A DNA stretch of 64,000 nt from an uncultured Gammaproteobacteria bacterium (lineage in GTDB: Bacteria; Patescibacteriota; Microgenomatia; Daviesbacterales; UBA10151), in contig CAYHYM010000002.1 of assembly GCA_964360965.1 (NCBI GenBank), forward strand, positions 1,311 through 65,310, in the 5' to 3' direction. The notes beneath the pieces were generated by a model. The model was not told where the DNA came from. It ran no database searches and saw only the letters and a program-made list of their open reading frames with translations. Below, in pieces: positions 19,725 through 29,094 of this stretch; within the stretch, counting starts at the first letter, position 1; each line of letters begins with the position of its first letter. A program made the position numbers and the translations under genes.

Positions 19725-20234
19725 TTAATCTCTTTTGCTGGGTTCTAGGTAGAAAAGATTAGCTCCTCTTTTCTTCCACTGATTTACTATTTCAGCTCTG
19801 GTAGTATTTGGCCAATAAACTGATACAGCCACAAAGTTAACTTTAAGTTTCTCACTAACTTGAACTAAAGTATCTAATAACTTTTCACCCACTGTTTCTT
19901 CACCAATCAGATGAGGTATCTCCACAATACCTGTCGGTGATTTTCCAAAAGATGGAGGACAAACTAAAAAAGACTCATCATATGGACTAAATTTACGTCC
20001 TTCTAAAACATACTGATAAAAGTGATTTCTTCTAGCCCCCAAAGGATACATTGACTCCACCACGGTAGCTGATAATTTTTCTAAATCACCTAACCCTTGA
20101 CAGGAAATTAGATTTAACCTTGAAAGTAGAACTGCAGCATATAAAGGGTCAAGGTAGTTTAAATTAATTATTGTTTCACCAAGCGGAGTAGTAGGATAAA
20201 GTGGCCTTTGAACTTCAACTCGGTCAATTACCAT
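19725..20234 (-). CDS. hypothetical protein
   Basis: 169-aa ORF in the operon orientation upstream of dcd. No motif recognised. Confidence 0.45.
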   Translation of the reverse strand: MVIDRVEVQRPLYPTTPLGETIINLNYLDPLYAAVLLSRLNLISCQGLGDLEKLSATVVESMYPLGARRNHFYQYVLEGRKFSPYDESFLVCPPSFGKSPTGIVEIPHLIGEETVGEKLLDTLVQVSEKLKVNFVAVSVYWPNTTRAEIVNQWKKRGANLFYLEPSKRD

Positions 20235-20329
20235 AAATTTTGGGGAGATTTTTAGGGGCCCCCTTTAAACTATCAAGTACCCATGTTTTTGTCAAGGAGT
20301 AACAACCATCTACACACCTTGGATGTGTG

Positions 20330-22390
20330 CTAGGTAGACACCTTAGTATTATCCCTACCTTTCGGCTTTGTCCAACTAGCATATTTGCACTTGGGCCAGT
20401 TTTTACAGCCATAAAAAGTTCTACCTTTGCGGGTTCTTCTGACCACAACCTCTCCACCATCATCAGGACATAAACCTGCTATTTTTTCTTCCAAAGATTC
20501 TGTATATTTACATTCAGGAAATCCGGAACAGGCCAAAAACTTGCCGAATTTGCCTGTCCGGACTATCAGTTCTTTACCACAATCCGGACATTTTTTACCT
20601 GCATACTCCACAACCAATTTAACTTTCTCGGCAGTTTCAATAATCTCTGCCAATTTTTTGGCAAAAGGAGTATAAAACTCTCTTAAGGTGGGCACCCATG
20701 ATCTCTCTCCTCTGGAGATCTCATCCAACTCATCCTCCATTTGGGCGGTGAATTGATAATCCACTATATCGGCAAAATTTTTAACCAGAAAATCAGTCAC
20801 AGCAAACCCCAATGCAGTGGGAATAAACCTTCGCAGCTGCCTTTCCACATAAAATCTGTCCACAATTATGGATAAAATTGCAGCATAGGTAGAAGGCCTG
20901 CCAATGCCCAACTCCTCTAATTTTTTAATTAAAGATGCTTCAGTATATCTTGGAGGTGGTTCTGTGAAATGCTGTCCAGGAATGATCTGGATCAGATTAA
21001 GTGGATCATTTTGTGAAAGCTTTGGTAAAACTTGTTTTTTCTCTTCACCATCTTCCCTTGACTCGCCGGAGCCTTCGGCGGAGGCGGTTTCTGCCTCTTT
21101 GCCATATAATTTTAACCAGCCATCGAACTTAATCACAGAACCAGTTGCTCTTAGCAAGTACACCTCGAAGGAGTCAAAGCCCACCTTCGAGGTGGAGGCC
21201 TTCACATCCACTGTGGTTTGATCCATCACTGCTTCATTCATCTGACAGGCCACAAATCTTTTCCAAATTAGATCATATAGCCTGACATGATCCCTGTTCA
21301 TCCCTGGTAAGCTTCGCAAGGCCTGGCCTTGCGTGCGTACATCAGTCGTCCTTATCGCCTCATGAGCTTCTTGTATATTTTTGGCTTTGGATTTGTATAA
21401 TCTTGGGCTTTTGGGTAAATATTGTCTACCAAACTCTTTACCAATAAATTCTCTGGCAGATGCAATTGCCTGGGACGCAAGATTTACTGAATCAGTTCTC
21501 ATATAAGTGATTAAACCCCGCTCATAGAGATTTTGGGCCAGCATCATGGCACGCCTGGCGCTAAATCCTAGCCTGTTTGAGGCTGTTTGCTGCAGGGTGG
21601 AGGTGGTAAATGGAGGAAAAGGGTAGCGGCGAACTTCTTTTTTGGTAACTTTGGCAATCTGATAATCTGCTTTTTGCAGATTTTTTACATGCCCATCAGC
21701 TTCATTTTTATTTTTAATGGTTAATTTTTTACCATTTTGTTCTATTAAGATTGCAGTAAAGGAGGCGAAGTCTGAGCCAACCAACCCCAATATAGCTTCA
21801 ATTATCCAGTACTCCTGAGGTTTAAAAGTGGTAACTTCTCTTTCTCTTTCAACCACAAGGCGTAGCGCCACAGACTGCACCCTTCCGGCAGACAAACCCC
21901 TTTTAACTTTTTGCCAAAGAAGTGGAGATAATTTATAACCAACCAATCTATCCAAAACTCTCCTGGCTTGTTGAGCATCAACCAGTTTTAGGTCAATGCC
22001 ACGAGGATTCTCGAAGGCTTCTTTAATGGCCTCTGGAGTAATCTCATGGAAGACCACTCTTTTAATGTCTTTGCTGATACTCCGATCCACTGACCCACTG
22101 ACTAACTGGGCTATATGCCAGGCAATGGCCTCACCTTCCCGATCAGGATCTGTGGCTAGCCAAAGTGTTTTGGTTCCTTTAGCAATTTTTTTTAAGTTAT
22201 TAACAGTTTTTAATTTGGCTTTGGGAATAATATATCTAGGTTCAAAATTATGTTCCACATCCACTCCCAAATCGCCTTTGGGCAAATCTCTTACATGCCC
22301 CATGGAAGCCTCAATTTGATATTTATCACCTAAAAAGCTCTGGAGGGTGCGCGCCTTAACAGGTGACTCAACTATCACTAAATTCTGCAT
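20330..22390 (-). CDS. topA: DNA topoisomerase I with C-terminal C4 zinc ribbons
   Basis: Toprim N-terminus LVIVESPVKARTL. Two C-terminal CxxC...CxxC zinc ribbons. Start placed at MQNLVIV. Confidence 0.9.
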   Translation of the reverse strand: MQNLVIVESPVKARTLQSFLGDKYQIEASMGHVRDLPKGDLGVDVEHNFEPRYIIPKAKLKTVNNLKKIAKGTKTLWLATDPDREGEAIAWHIAQLVSGSVDRSISKDIKRVVFHEITPEAIKEAFENPRGIDLKLVDAQQARRVLDRLVGYKLSPLLWQKVKRGLSAGRVQSVALRLVVEREREVTTFKPQEYWIIEAILGLVGSDFASFTAILIEQNGKKLTIKNKNEADGHVKNLQKADYQIAKVTKKEVRRYPFPPFTTSTLQQTASNRLGFSARRAMMLAQNLYERGLITYMRTDSVNLASQAIASAREFIGKEFGRQYLPKSPRLYKSKAKNIQEAHEAIRTTDVRTQGQALRSLPGMNRDHVRLYDLIWKRFVACQMNEAVMDQTTVDVKASTSKVGFDSFEVYLLRATGSVIKFDGWLKLYGKEAETASAEGSGESREDGEEKKQVLPKLSQNDPLNLIQIIPGQHFTEPPPRYTEASLIKKLEELGIGRPSTYAAILSIIVDRFYVERQLRRFIPTALGFAVTDFLVKNFADIVDYQFTAQMEDELDEISRGERSWVPTLREFYTPFAKKLAEIIETAEKVKLVVEYAGKKCPDCGKELIVRTGKFGKFLACSGFPECKYTESLEEKIAGLCPDDGGEVVVRRTRKGRTFYGCKNWPKCKYASWTKPKGRDNTKVST

Positions 22391-22405
22391 AAAATACTCC
22401 TTATT

Positions 22406-22548
22406 GTCATTCTGAGTGTAACGAAGAATCTCTTGCGAATGCAAGTACTATTGTAGTGATGTTGTCAAGGGTCGCCGAAGGCGACCCGCAGACCCTGAGC
22501 ACTGAGCTTGTCGAAGTGTCGAATGGGTCAATAGTTCGACTACGCTCA
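22406..22548. repeat. composite GTCAT / cctgagc / gtcgaa...gaatgggtc repeat cluster upstream of topA
   Basis: gtcattctgagtgtaacgaagaatc. gtcgccgaaggcgac palindrome. ccctgagcactgagcttgtcgaagtgtcgaatgggtc, shared with copies in ybaB, proS and at 37600-37720 and 61650-61720. Confidence 0.7.
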
Positions 22549-22788
22549 CTATTCAAAATCAGAATCCAAAATTTGTGGGTTAACCTTTTCCAACTCCACC
22601 TTTAGATCAGTAGAAGAATTAAATTTAAATTCCTTTTTAATTGGAGTTGGAGATGGAACTGGAGTCTGAACTGTCCCGGAGAAGGGACTTATCATTTTTT
22701 TACCTTCCCACCCTTGGGGTGCAAACTTAAAAATTGTTATAACTGTTATAACAATTAAAATTATTATAAAAATTACCTTTTTATTCAT
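22549..22788 (-). CDS. small membrane-anchored hypothetical protein
   Basis: N-terminal TM helix IFIIILIVITVITIF. Confidence 0.4.
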   Translation of the reverse strand: MNKKVIFIIILIVITVITIFKFAPQGWEGKKMISPFSGTVQTPVPSPTPIKKEFKFNSSTDLKVELEKVNPQILDSDFE

Positions 22789-23143
22789 TTAAAGCCTTTC
22801 CTGCCTCTTTTTTAGCCCTTAATACCTTGCCTTTTAAAACCTCCAGACTGGAACGTAACCCGGCTTTTGAAGAAAATTCTTGAGCTCTCTGATATGCAAT
22901 TGCCTCTGCAGCATACGTTATCCAATAATCAGCTGATTTTATGGGTGTATCCACTCCCCCAAAAGCCACTCTAGTTTCTGTAATTCCCTTTCTATCTCTC
23001 AACTGCTCCATAATAGCAGCAAGCCTTGAAACATCTTCTTCAAATCTATTACAAACTTTTTGATTTATCTGATCAGTGGCTGGCGCTGCCAAAACAGTAA
23101 TGGGGGTGATAAACAGTATACACAACAAAACCAACCACTTCAT
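22781..23143 (-). CDS. secreted hypothetical protein
   Basis: Signal-peptide-like N-terminus MKWLVLLCILFITPITVLAAPA. Confidence 0.5.
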   Translation of the reverse strand: MKWLVLLCILFITPITVLAAPATDQINQKVCNRFEEDVSRLAAIMEQLRDRKGITETRVAFGGVDTPIKSADYWITYAAEAIAYQRAQEFSSKAGLRSSLEVLKGKVLRAKKEAGKALNE

Positions 23144-23238
23144 TATATTTAATAATACACTAAAAAGTCATTCTGGAGCGAAGCAATAGAATCTTTTTAT
23201 CGAGGGGATCGAGAGGTCGGAATAGAACCGGGCGGACC

Positions 23239-23742
23239 CTATCTTGGTGATCTAAGTAGTACAGAGGGTAGAGATAACGCTGAAAGTATTACCCCTACAA
23301 CAACTGCTATTGTTCCACCAACCATCAAATAAGTGTTTCTCTCATCACTCTGCTGAAATGATTCCCTGAGGGTGGCGGCATAACTTTGTCTCTCTGCTTG
23401 TTTATCTAAAATATCTAAATCATCATTCAATCTATTATCTAATCCAGCTGCTACTTGTTTTATCTCTGCTATCCTGGCTCTGAAACTGGCTGTGTCTAAA
23501 GTATTACCCCATTTATTCCAAGTTTGAGCATCTACCAATTTAGTTATCTCCCCTGAAGCACCTTTTAGTTCAGACTTGGCAGCACTTACCTCATCTCCAG
23601 ACAAAACTCCCTTAGCCTGATCTACTTGAGGGTCAATTATCCCATTTATTTCCATATTATCTACCACTCCTACAGCCAAAGATGCACCTCCTAATAAAAA
23701 TGCAGTCACCCCTCCTAAAAATACTATTCGCTCAGTTCTCAT
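23239..23742 (-). CDS. membrane hypothetical protein (N- and C-terminal TM helices)
   Basis: Hydrophobic termini with a coiled-coil-like middle. Confidence 0.5.
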   Translation of the reverse strand: MRTERIVFLGGVTAFLLGGASLAVGVVDNMEINGIIDPQVDQAKGVLSGDEVSAAKSELKGASGEITKLVDAQTWNKWGNTLDTASFRARIAEIKQVAAGLDNRLNDDLDILDKQAERQSYAATLRESFQQSDERNTYLMVGGTIAVVVGVILSALSLPSVLLRSPR

Positions 23743-23772
23743 TGATTAAATATTATAGCATAGATCAGATAA

Positions 23773-26292
23773 CTATGCAACTAATATCTCTGGGCCACTT
23801 TTAAACATTTGTCCTTTCTCTATTTTTCTCTCTAGAATTTTTCTAGATAAATTAGCTTCTAGGGTATCTTGAATTAATCTTCTTAAGGGTCTTGCTCCAA
23901 GTACTGGATCAAAGCCGCGTTTGGCCAGTTCCCCTACCAACTTTTGATCAAATTCCACCAAATATCCCTGTTCTTTTAACCTACCCTGAAGCTGAACCAG
24001 TTTAAGTTGAACAATTTTTTGAAGATTATCCTCTGTTAAGGATTTAAATAACACCACATCATCAAAGCGGTTTATCAGCTCTGGTGTAAAAATTTGCAAC
24101 AGTTCGTCATTGACCTGCTTATTAAGCTGGAGGAGACTTTTTCCATCTTTAAGTCCCCTGGCTATAATTAAAGAGGCGGCATTAGAGGTGGCAATAATAA
24201 TGGTGTGAGTAAAATCAATGGTTCTACCTGACCCATCTGTTAACCTGCCATCTTCTAAAACTTGTAAAAATAAAGTCAAAATTTTTTGATCTGCTTTTTC
24301 AAATTCATCCAAAAGCAACAGGGCATATGGTCTTATCCTAACTGCTTCTGTAAGCAATCCTCCTTCTCCCGATGCGCCGATCAACCGACTCACTGAATCA
24401 GGATTCTGATATTCCGACATGTCAAATCGCAAAAAAACTGCTGCATTTTTAAAGTATTCTTGAGCCAAAATCCTGGCCAGTTCTGTTTTACCCACACCTG
24501 TGGGCCCTACAAATAAAAATGAACCAATGGGGCGGTTTGCCTCCCGGAGTCCTGTGGCAGATCTTCTTAAAGAATCAGAAACTGCTTTGACTGCCTCTTG
24601 TTGATCAATCAGCTTTGTGTGAATTTGATCTTCCAGATTGAGCAGTTTTTGCTTCTCCATATTTCCCACCTCTAAAACAGGCACATTGATTCTGGAAGCC
24701 ACCACTTCCTGGATAATTTTTTGAGTAATCCAACCATCTGCAGATTGAGTTTGAGCCTGTTCCAAAATGGCAATGGCTGAGTCCGGCAAAACCCGATCAT
24801 GAATCAGCCTGGCAGCCAGCTGAACGCATTTTTTAATGGCCAAATATGATACTTTAATCTTTTGTTTTTTTTCTATTTGGGCACTTCGCTGTTCCAAAAT
24901 CATCACAGTCTCATCCTCTGATGCGGGAGGAAGTTCCACTTTGGTAAAAAGCCTGGCAAAGGAGCCATTTTTCTCCAATGTTTTGGTATAATTTTCAGGT
25001 TCAGTGGTGGCAATAAACTGAAAATTGGCGCCTTCCAGATATGGCAGCATTAATGAGTATAAATTATACTCAGATCCCACTTCACCCAGACTTAAGTTGT
25101 GAATTTCCTCAACTGCCACTATCACATTTTGGGTAAATGATACTTCTTCAAAAATATTTTTGACCCGATCTGCCAGCTCTCCCTGGGTCCTGATGCCTGA
25201 TAACAGTTTTGTCAAATTGAGCAGCACCAGTCTTTTGATAGCTAAAGCTGTGGGCGCATTGCCTTTGACAATCTGCCTGGCCAACAATTGTAAAAAAGCA
25301 GTTTTACCTGATCCCGGGGGTCCCACCACCACTACATTTTTTTGCGTTTCTTGAGATAAGATATTAATAGCCTGCGATACCACCTGTAATCTTCCGATAA
25401 AATCTGCAAAACCAACCCCTGAGGCCTCTCTGGTTAAATCAACTGAAACGCTGTCCAAATCTGGAGTTGGTACTCCAATCCAGCCGCGATTTACCCCTTT
25501 TAAGTGTCTCACGACAAAATCATCATCCCAGATAAAAACAGACCGTTTTAAATTTTTCTTTATTTCAACATAAAATAAAGCTTCCTCCACATCTGTTAAT
25601 TTAAGATCCATTTTTAAAAGAAAATTGTCAATCCCCTGTTGAGTTTTTAATGCTGCCACAAAAAAATGACCCCAGGTAATGTAGGGACTGCAAGGACTAC
25701 AACTCCTTCTGGCCAAATCAAAAGCCAGCTGTCCCACAAGATCTACATCAAGGGCTCTAAATTGAGAAAAATTGCCCGCATCTTTTTCCAAGTAACTAAG
25801 CAATTCCCTAACCTCCCAACTACCCAACAGATTTATCCAGGATAAATTTTCCTTTTTGACAGATGAGCTTTGCCAAAAACCCTGACCTTCCCGAATGAAC
25901 CACACTTTTTTATGAGGATGAGTCAGGGTGTGGAAGAAAAAAATACCGGCTCCCAAAAACAGTCCCATCCTGCTCCAAAACCCCCCAATATCAAAAATGG
26001 CAAAAAAGGGCAAAAACAAAAAGTAGCCTGTTAAAAGTAACATAAAGAAAGCCACCAAAGCAAAAGCGAAAAGGCCAATTAAAATCCTTACTATTCTAAA
26101 TATTAGACTCAAAATTCTGCCTATGGGGCTGGCATCATGAAAAAGAGGCACCAATAAAAGCCTCCACATCAGACTTACTGCCAGATCTTCTTCCAGAAAA
26201 AGGATTAAATTTCTAAAGCTACGGGCAAAAACAAAAAGGCATTCATAGTACCAGAACCTTAGTAAATGAATAGGCAACATCAAATACTTCAT
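23773..26292 (-). CDS. Clp/Hsp100-family double AAA+ ATPase with an N-terminal transmembrane region replacing the Clp_N domain
   Basis: Two Walker A motifs (VVVGPPGSGKTAFL and FLFVGPTGVGKTELAR). Sensor-2 region GARPLRR. First ~130 aa are strongly hydrophobic (LILGLFAFALVAFFMLLLTGYFLFLPFFAIF). Confidence 0.75.
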   Translation of the reverse strand: MKYLMLPIHLLRFWYYECLFVFARSFRNLILFLEEDLAVSLMWRLLLVPLFHDASPIGRILSLIFRIVRILIGLFAFALVAFFMLLLTGYFLFLPFFAIFDIGGFWSRMGLFLGAGIFFFHTLTHPHKKVWFIREGQGFWQSSSVKKENLSWINLLGSWEVRELLSYLEKDAGNFSQFRALDVDLVGQLAFDLARRSCSPCSPYITWGHFFVAALKTQQGIDNFLLKMDLKLTDVEEALFYVEIKKNLKRSVFIWDDDFVVRHLKGVNRGWIGVPTPDLDSVSVDLTREASGVGFADFIGRLQVVSQAINILSQETQKNVVVVGPPGSGKTAFLQLLARQIVKGNAPTALAIKRLVLLNLTKLLSGIRTQGELADRVKNIFEEVSFTQNVIVAVEEIHNLSLGEVGSEYNLYSLMLPYLEGANFQFIATTEPENYTKTLEKNGSFARLFTKVELPPASEDETVMILEQRSAQIEKKQKIKVSYLAIKKCVQLAARLIHDRVLPDSAIAILEQAQTQSADGWITQKIIQEVVASRINVPVLEVGNMEKQKLLNLEDQIHTKLIDQQEAVKAVSDSLRRSATGLREANRPIGSFLFVGPTGVGKTELARILAQEYFKNAAVFLRFDMSEYQNPDSVSRLIGASGEGGLLTEAVRIRPYALLLLDEFEKADQKILTLFLQVLEDGRLTDGSGRTIDFTHTIIIATSNAASLIIARGLKDGKSLLQLNKQVNDELLQIFTPELINRFDDVVLFKSLTEDNLQKIVQLKLVQLQGRLKEQGYLVEFDQKLVGELAKRGFDPVLGARPLRRLIQDTLEANLSRKILERKIEKGQMFKSGPEILVA

Positions 26293-26295
26293 ACC

Positions 26296-26652
26296 TTATT
26301 TCACTCTAATCAAATTTCCATCAAGATCCAGTTCCACAAAATGTTTGGCCCGTCCCTCAATAAAGGCCGGACATTGATTTTGGGAATCATCATCTAAAGC
26401 TTGCCTGGGACTGTGGGCAATATCAACCACCCAACCCGGAGAAATATCATTGGATAAACATGGACCCTGGGAAAAATCTAAACCTGCCTCTTTTTTTGTT
26501 TGATATAAATGTTGGGCCTGATTAATAGCATTATCCGCCTCTCTCCAAATACCGGGCTTATAACTTGTGGGAGTAACATTTCTAAGATAGATCAGAAATG
26601 CGGATATCAAAATTACAGTCAATGAAACTATTAAAATTGTTGATTTAGGCAT
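26296..26652 (-). CDS. secreted hypothetical protein
   Basis: N-terminal TM/signal ILIVSLTVILISAFLIYL. Confidence 0.5.
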   Translation of the reverse strand: MPKSTILIVSLTVILISAFLIYLRNVTPTSYKPGIWREADNAINQAQHLYQTKKEAGLDFSQGPCLSNDISPGWVVDIAHSPRQALDDDSQNQCPAFIEGRAKHFVELDLDGNLIRVK

Positions 26653-26682
26653 AGATTTAAACCTAAAGATAAGTATAACACT

Positions 26683-27765
26683 TTAGGGAATTTTACAATA
26701 AATTCCAGACCCTAAGTTTCTGACCACCCCTTTTATTTCCATTTTTAAAAGACCCGATGAAACCTCGGCTGCGCCAAGTTCCAAAATCCTGCATATTTCA
26801 TCTATGTGTTTATTATCATTTTGAAGACAATCAATTATTTTCTTTTCATTTTCGGAAAGATCTGAAACTTTAACCATCTCCTTTTTTACTCCCTCCATTC
26901 CCAACTCCTGTAAAATTTCAGATGAGTCAAAAACCGGCCTGGCCCCTTCTTTGATTAAAGACATTGGGCCTTTTGATAGATCAGAGGTGATTGGTCCTGG
27001 CACGGCAAAAACATCTCTTCCTTGTTCCAAAGCCAATCTGGCAGTAATCAAAGAACCGGAATCCTGAGCCGCCTCGGTTATCAAGACTGCCAAAGATAAC
27101 CCGGCTATAATACGGTTGCGGGAAGGGAAATTTCCGGCCAGAGAAGGATAATCAGGAGGATACTCGGAAATGACAGCCCCAAAACCTTCCGCAATTCTCT
27201 TTACCAGTTGGGTATTTTCAGCCGGAAAGATTTTATTTAACCCCCCACCCAAAACAGCCATAGTTCGGCCCTTCGGCAGGCTCAGAGCAGTCTTGTGCGC
27301 TTGAGTGTCAATCCCCCTGGCCAAACCTGAAACAATGGTAAAGCCTGACAGAACCAGATCACGGGTAAATTTTTCTGTTACCAGCTTGCCGTAACCAGTC
27401 ATTTTTCTGGTACCCACCACAGCAATGGCCCGATCATCCCCAGGTACAATCTCACCTTTATAGTACAAAACTATGGGAGAATCATAAATTTGTTTAAGTA
27501 AGTCAGGGTAGTTATCGTCAAAAATTGTTAACCAGGAAACACCCATCTTCTTAATAGACTCAGCATAAAGGATAGGATCCAGAATCTTTCTGGTTTCTGC
27601 CAAAAGATCCAAAACAGTTTGCGGCACCCCTATTTGTCTAATCTCCTTTAAATTAGCCTCCCAGGCCAGTTTCGGATCTTTAAAATAATCAATTATTGCC
27701 TTCAGCCTAATAGGACCTAGCCCATCAATACTATGCAGCGCCAAAAGATAAGCAATATTTTTCAT
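26683..27765 (-). CDS. dprA: DNA processing protein DprA (Smf)
   Basis: Rossmann-like DprA core GNFPSRNRIIAGLSLAVLITEAAQDSGSLITARLALEQGRDVFAVPG. Start placed at MKNIAY. Confidence 0.85.
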   Translation of the reverse strand: MKNIAYLLALHSIDGLGPIRLKAIIDYFKDPKLAWEANLKEIRQIGVPQTVLDLLAETRKILDPILYAESIKKMGVSWLTIFDDNYPDLLKQIYDSPIVLYYKGEIVPGDDRAIAVVGTRKMTGYGKLVTEKFTRDLVLSGFTIVSGLARGIDTQAHKTALSLPKGRTMAVLGGGLNKIFPAENTQLVKRIAEGFGAVISEYPPDYPSLAGNFPSRNRIIAGLSLAVLITEAAQDSGSLITARLALEQGRDVFAVPGPITSDLSKGPMSLIKEGARPVFDSSEILQELGMEGVKKEMVKVSDLSENEKKIIDCLQNDNKHIDEICRILELGAAEVSSGLLKMEIKGVVRNLGSGIYCKIP

Positions 27766-27793
27766 AATTACCAACTCTTAAGTGTAAAAGGTA

Positions 27794-27820
27794 CTCTTCA
27801 TTATATTCTCGGTCGAGAAC
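27794..27820 (-). promoter_or_regulatory. 27-bp palindrome-plus-TATAAT module, copy upstream of dprA
   Basis: Minus strand reads gTTCTCGaCCGAGAAtataatgaagag, about 30 nt before the dprA ATG. Identical to 28312-28338. Confidence 0.6.
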
Positions 27821-27828
27821 GTTTTGTA

Positions 27829-28311
27829 TCAAAACTTTATAGTACTCGACTCGAAAATACTTACCCATTCGTCTATTCCAACCTTTTTAATATACTCATT
27901 TAGTAGATCAGCACAATTCTTTTTGCTTACCCAAATGCTATTTTGAAACCTTATAAACCCTAATTGTTTTAATTGATGTCTTAATAAATCTCTGGCCTTT
28001 CTCCTTTTTTCTGGAATATCCCACATTATTATTCTCCATTTCCCATCCCATTTTTCATCCTCCAGTTTCATCTTTGCCCAAAGTGCCTTAGTCTTTCCCT
28101 CGTCAGTAATTCTAGCAGCTAGCTCTTCATCACTTATTAGTTCTACAAATCCATTTTCTCTAAGCCTTTTAAAAACAAGTGCCAGCTCTGATTTTTTAAC
28201 TGGTCTCTCTAACAAAGGATTGTGTATAAAATCATCAAACTTAACATAACCATCCACTGTTTTTTCTAAGGTTAGGAGAACTATTTTAGCCAAGCTATTT
28301 TTCTTATTCAT
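27829..28311 (-). CDS. small PaaX-like regulator: winged-helix N-domain plus Cas2-like C-domain
   Basis: C-terminal WRIIMWDIPEKRRKARDLLRHQLKQLGFIRFQNSIWVS follows the Cas2/PaaX-C pattern (YDI...RRR...L...G.R.QNSVF). Flanked by identical 27-bp modules. Confidence 0.55.
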   Translation of the reverse strand: MNKKNSLAKIVLLTLEKTVDGYVKFDDFIHNPLLERPVKKSELALVFKRLRENGFVELISDEELAARITDEGKTKALWAKMKLEDEKWDGKWRIIMWDIPEKRRKARDLLRHQLKQLGFIRFQNSIWVSKKNCADLLNEYIKKVGIDEWVSIFESSTIKF

Positions 28312-28338
28312 CTCTTCATTATATTCTCGGTCGAGAAC
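28312..28338 (-). promoter_or_regulatory. 27-bp palindrome-plus-TATAAT module, copy abutting the start codon of the PaaX/Cas2-like gene
   Basis: Identical 27-mer. The TATAAT lies 6 nt before the ATG, implying a leaderless transcript. Confidence 0.6.
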
Positions 28339-28407
28339 TTATTGTCAATACAGCATAACCATTCCCTCTTGACATCTGATAGGATAAGTTATTTAATACA
28401 GCTAATT

Positions 28408-29094
28408 ATGCCAGCAGAAGTTCCATTTAGCTTTAAATATACCAATCTGAGTGATAAGTTTTATTTAGAATCAAGAGTGGCTAGTAATCAAAAAGATCTT
28501 GAAGAAACATTAGAGCACATCCACATTGCTAGATATATGGCAGTCCAAGAAACTCAAGATATAGTAAAGGCTACTATGGAAGGGTGGATGGAAAGAACCC
28601 CTAGATCTACCTGGTGGGAACAAAAACCTACTAAAATGACTGCCTCTGTCAATGTTGACCTCCAGCATTTAGCTATAGCGGGCTGGAAATATTCAGGTCG
28701 TGAAGGACTATCCTTCCCTCCAGGAATAGAACCCTACAAACCTTATCTTCTACAACTGACGTATAGAAAGTATCCACAATATGCTAATAGAGATGTGGAT
28801 GAGGCTGTAATCATTAGATGGGAGCAAGCTGCTGTTGAGAGAAGAGCAGATTTAGAATTACTTCGCCTTAGGAGTAGTCGAGCTGAATTTAGCTTTAGAA
28901 ATGATAATGGACCTTTCTGGATGCTACAAGAAACTGCCAAGTGGATTAATTTTTTTGCGGCTGAAGCTGCAGTTAGAAACCCCGTCTTAGTAGATGATCC
29001 TGAATATGGTGAGGATGATGAGGCAACAATTATTTTTGAGAATAGAGATGTCGCAGTAGAAACCGCAACCTCACTCCCCCAAGGTTCTGGCTGA
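28408..29094 (+). CDS. hypothetical protein (Trp/Arg-rich)
   Basis: ORF with ATG at 28408. No motif recognised. Converges on the PBP2 gene. Confidence 0.45.
   Translation: MPAEVPFSFKYTNLSDKFYLESRVASNQKDLEETLEHIHIARYMAVQETQDIVKATMEGWMERTPRSTWWEQKPTKMTASVNVDLQHLAIAGWKYSGREGLSFPPGIEPYKPYLLQLTYRKYPQYANRDVDEAVIIRWEQAAVERRADLELLRLRSSRAEFSFRNDNGPFWMLQETAKWINFFAAEAAVRNPVLVDDPEYGEDDEATIIFENRDVAVETATSLPQGSG

Noticed and set aside
20224-20463. 79-aa ORF overlapping the 3' end of topA in another frame
   Set aside because: Entirely nested in or overlapping the topA zinc-ribbon region, with no independent signals. Likely a spurious frame.
27829-28311. Cas2-like domain as evidence of a CRISPR adaptation module
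   Set aside because: No cas1, other cas genes or array in the window. The N-terminal wHTH fusion fits a PaaX-type regulator better.
27794-28338. The two identical 27-bp repeats considered as a minimal CRISPR array
   Set aside because: Only two copies. The 'spacer' is a complete 483-bp gene. Each repeat contains a TATAAT plus a palindrome positioned as a promoter-operator.
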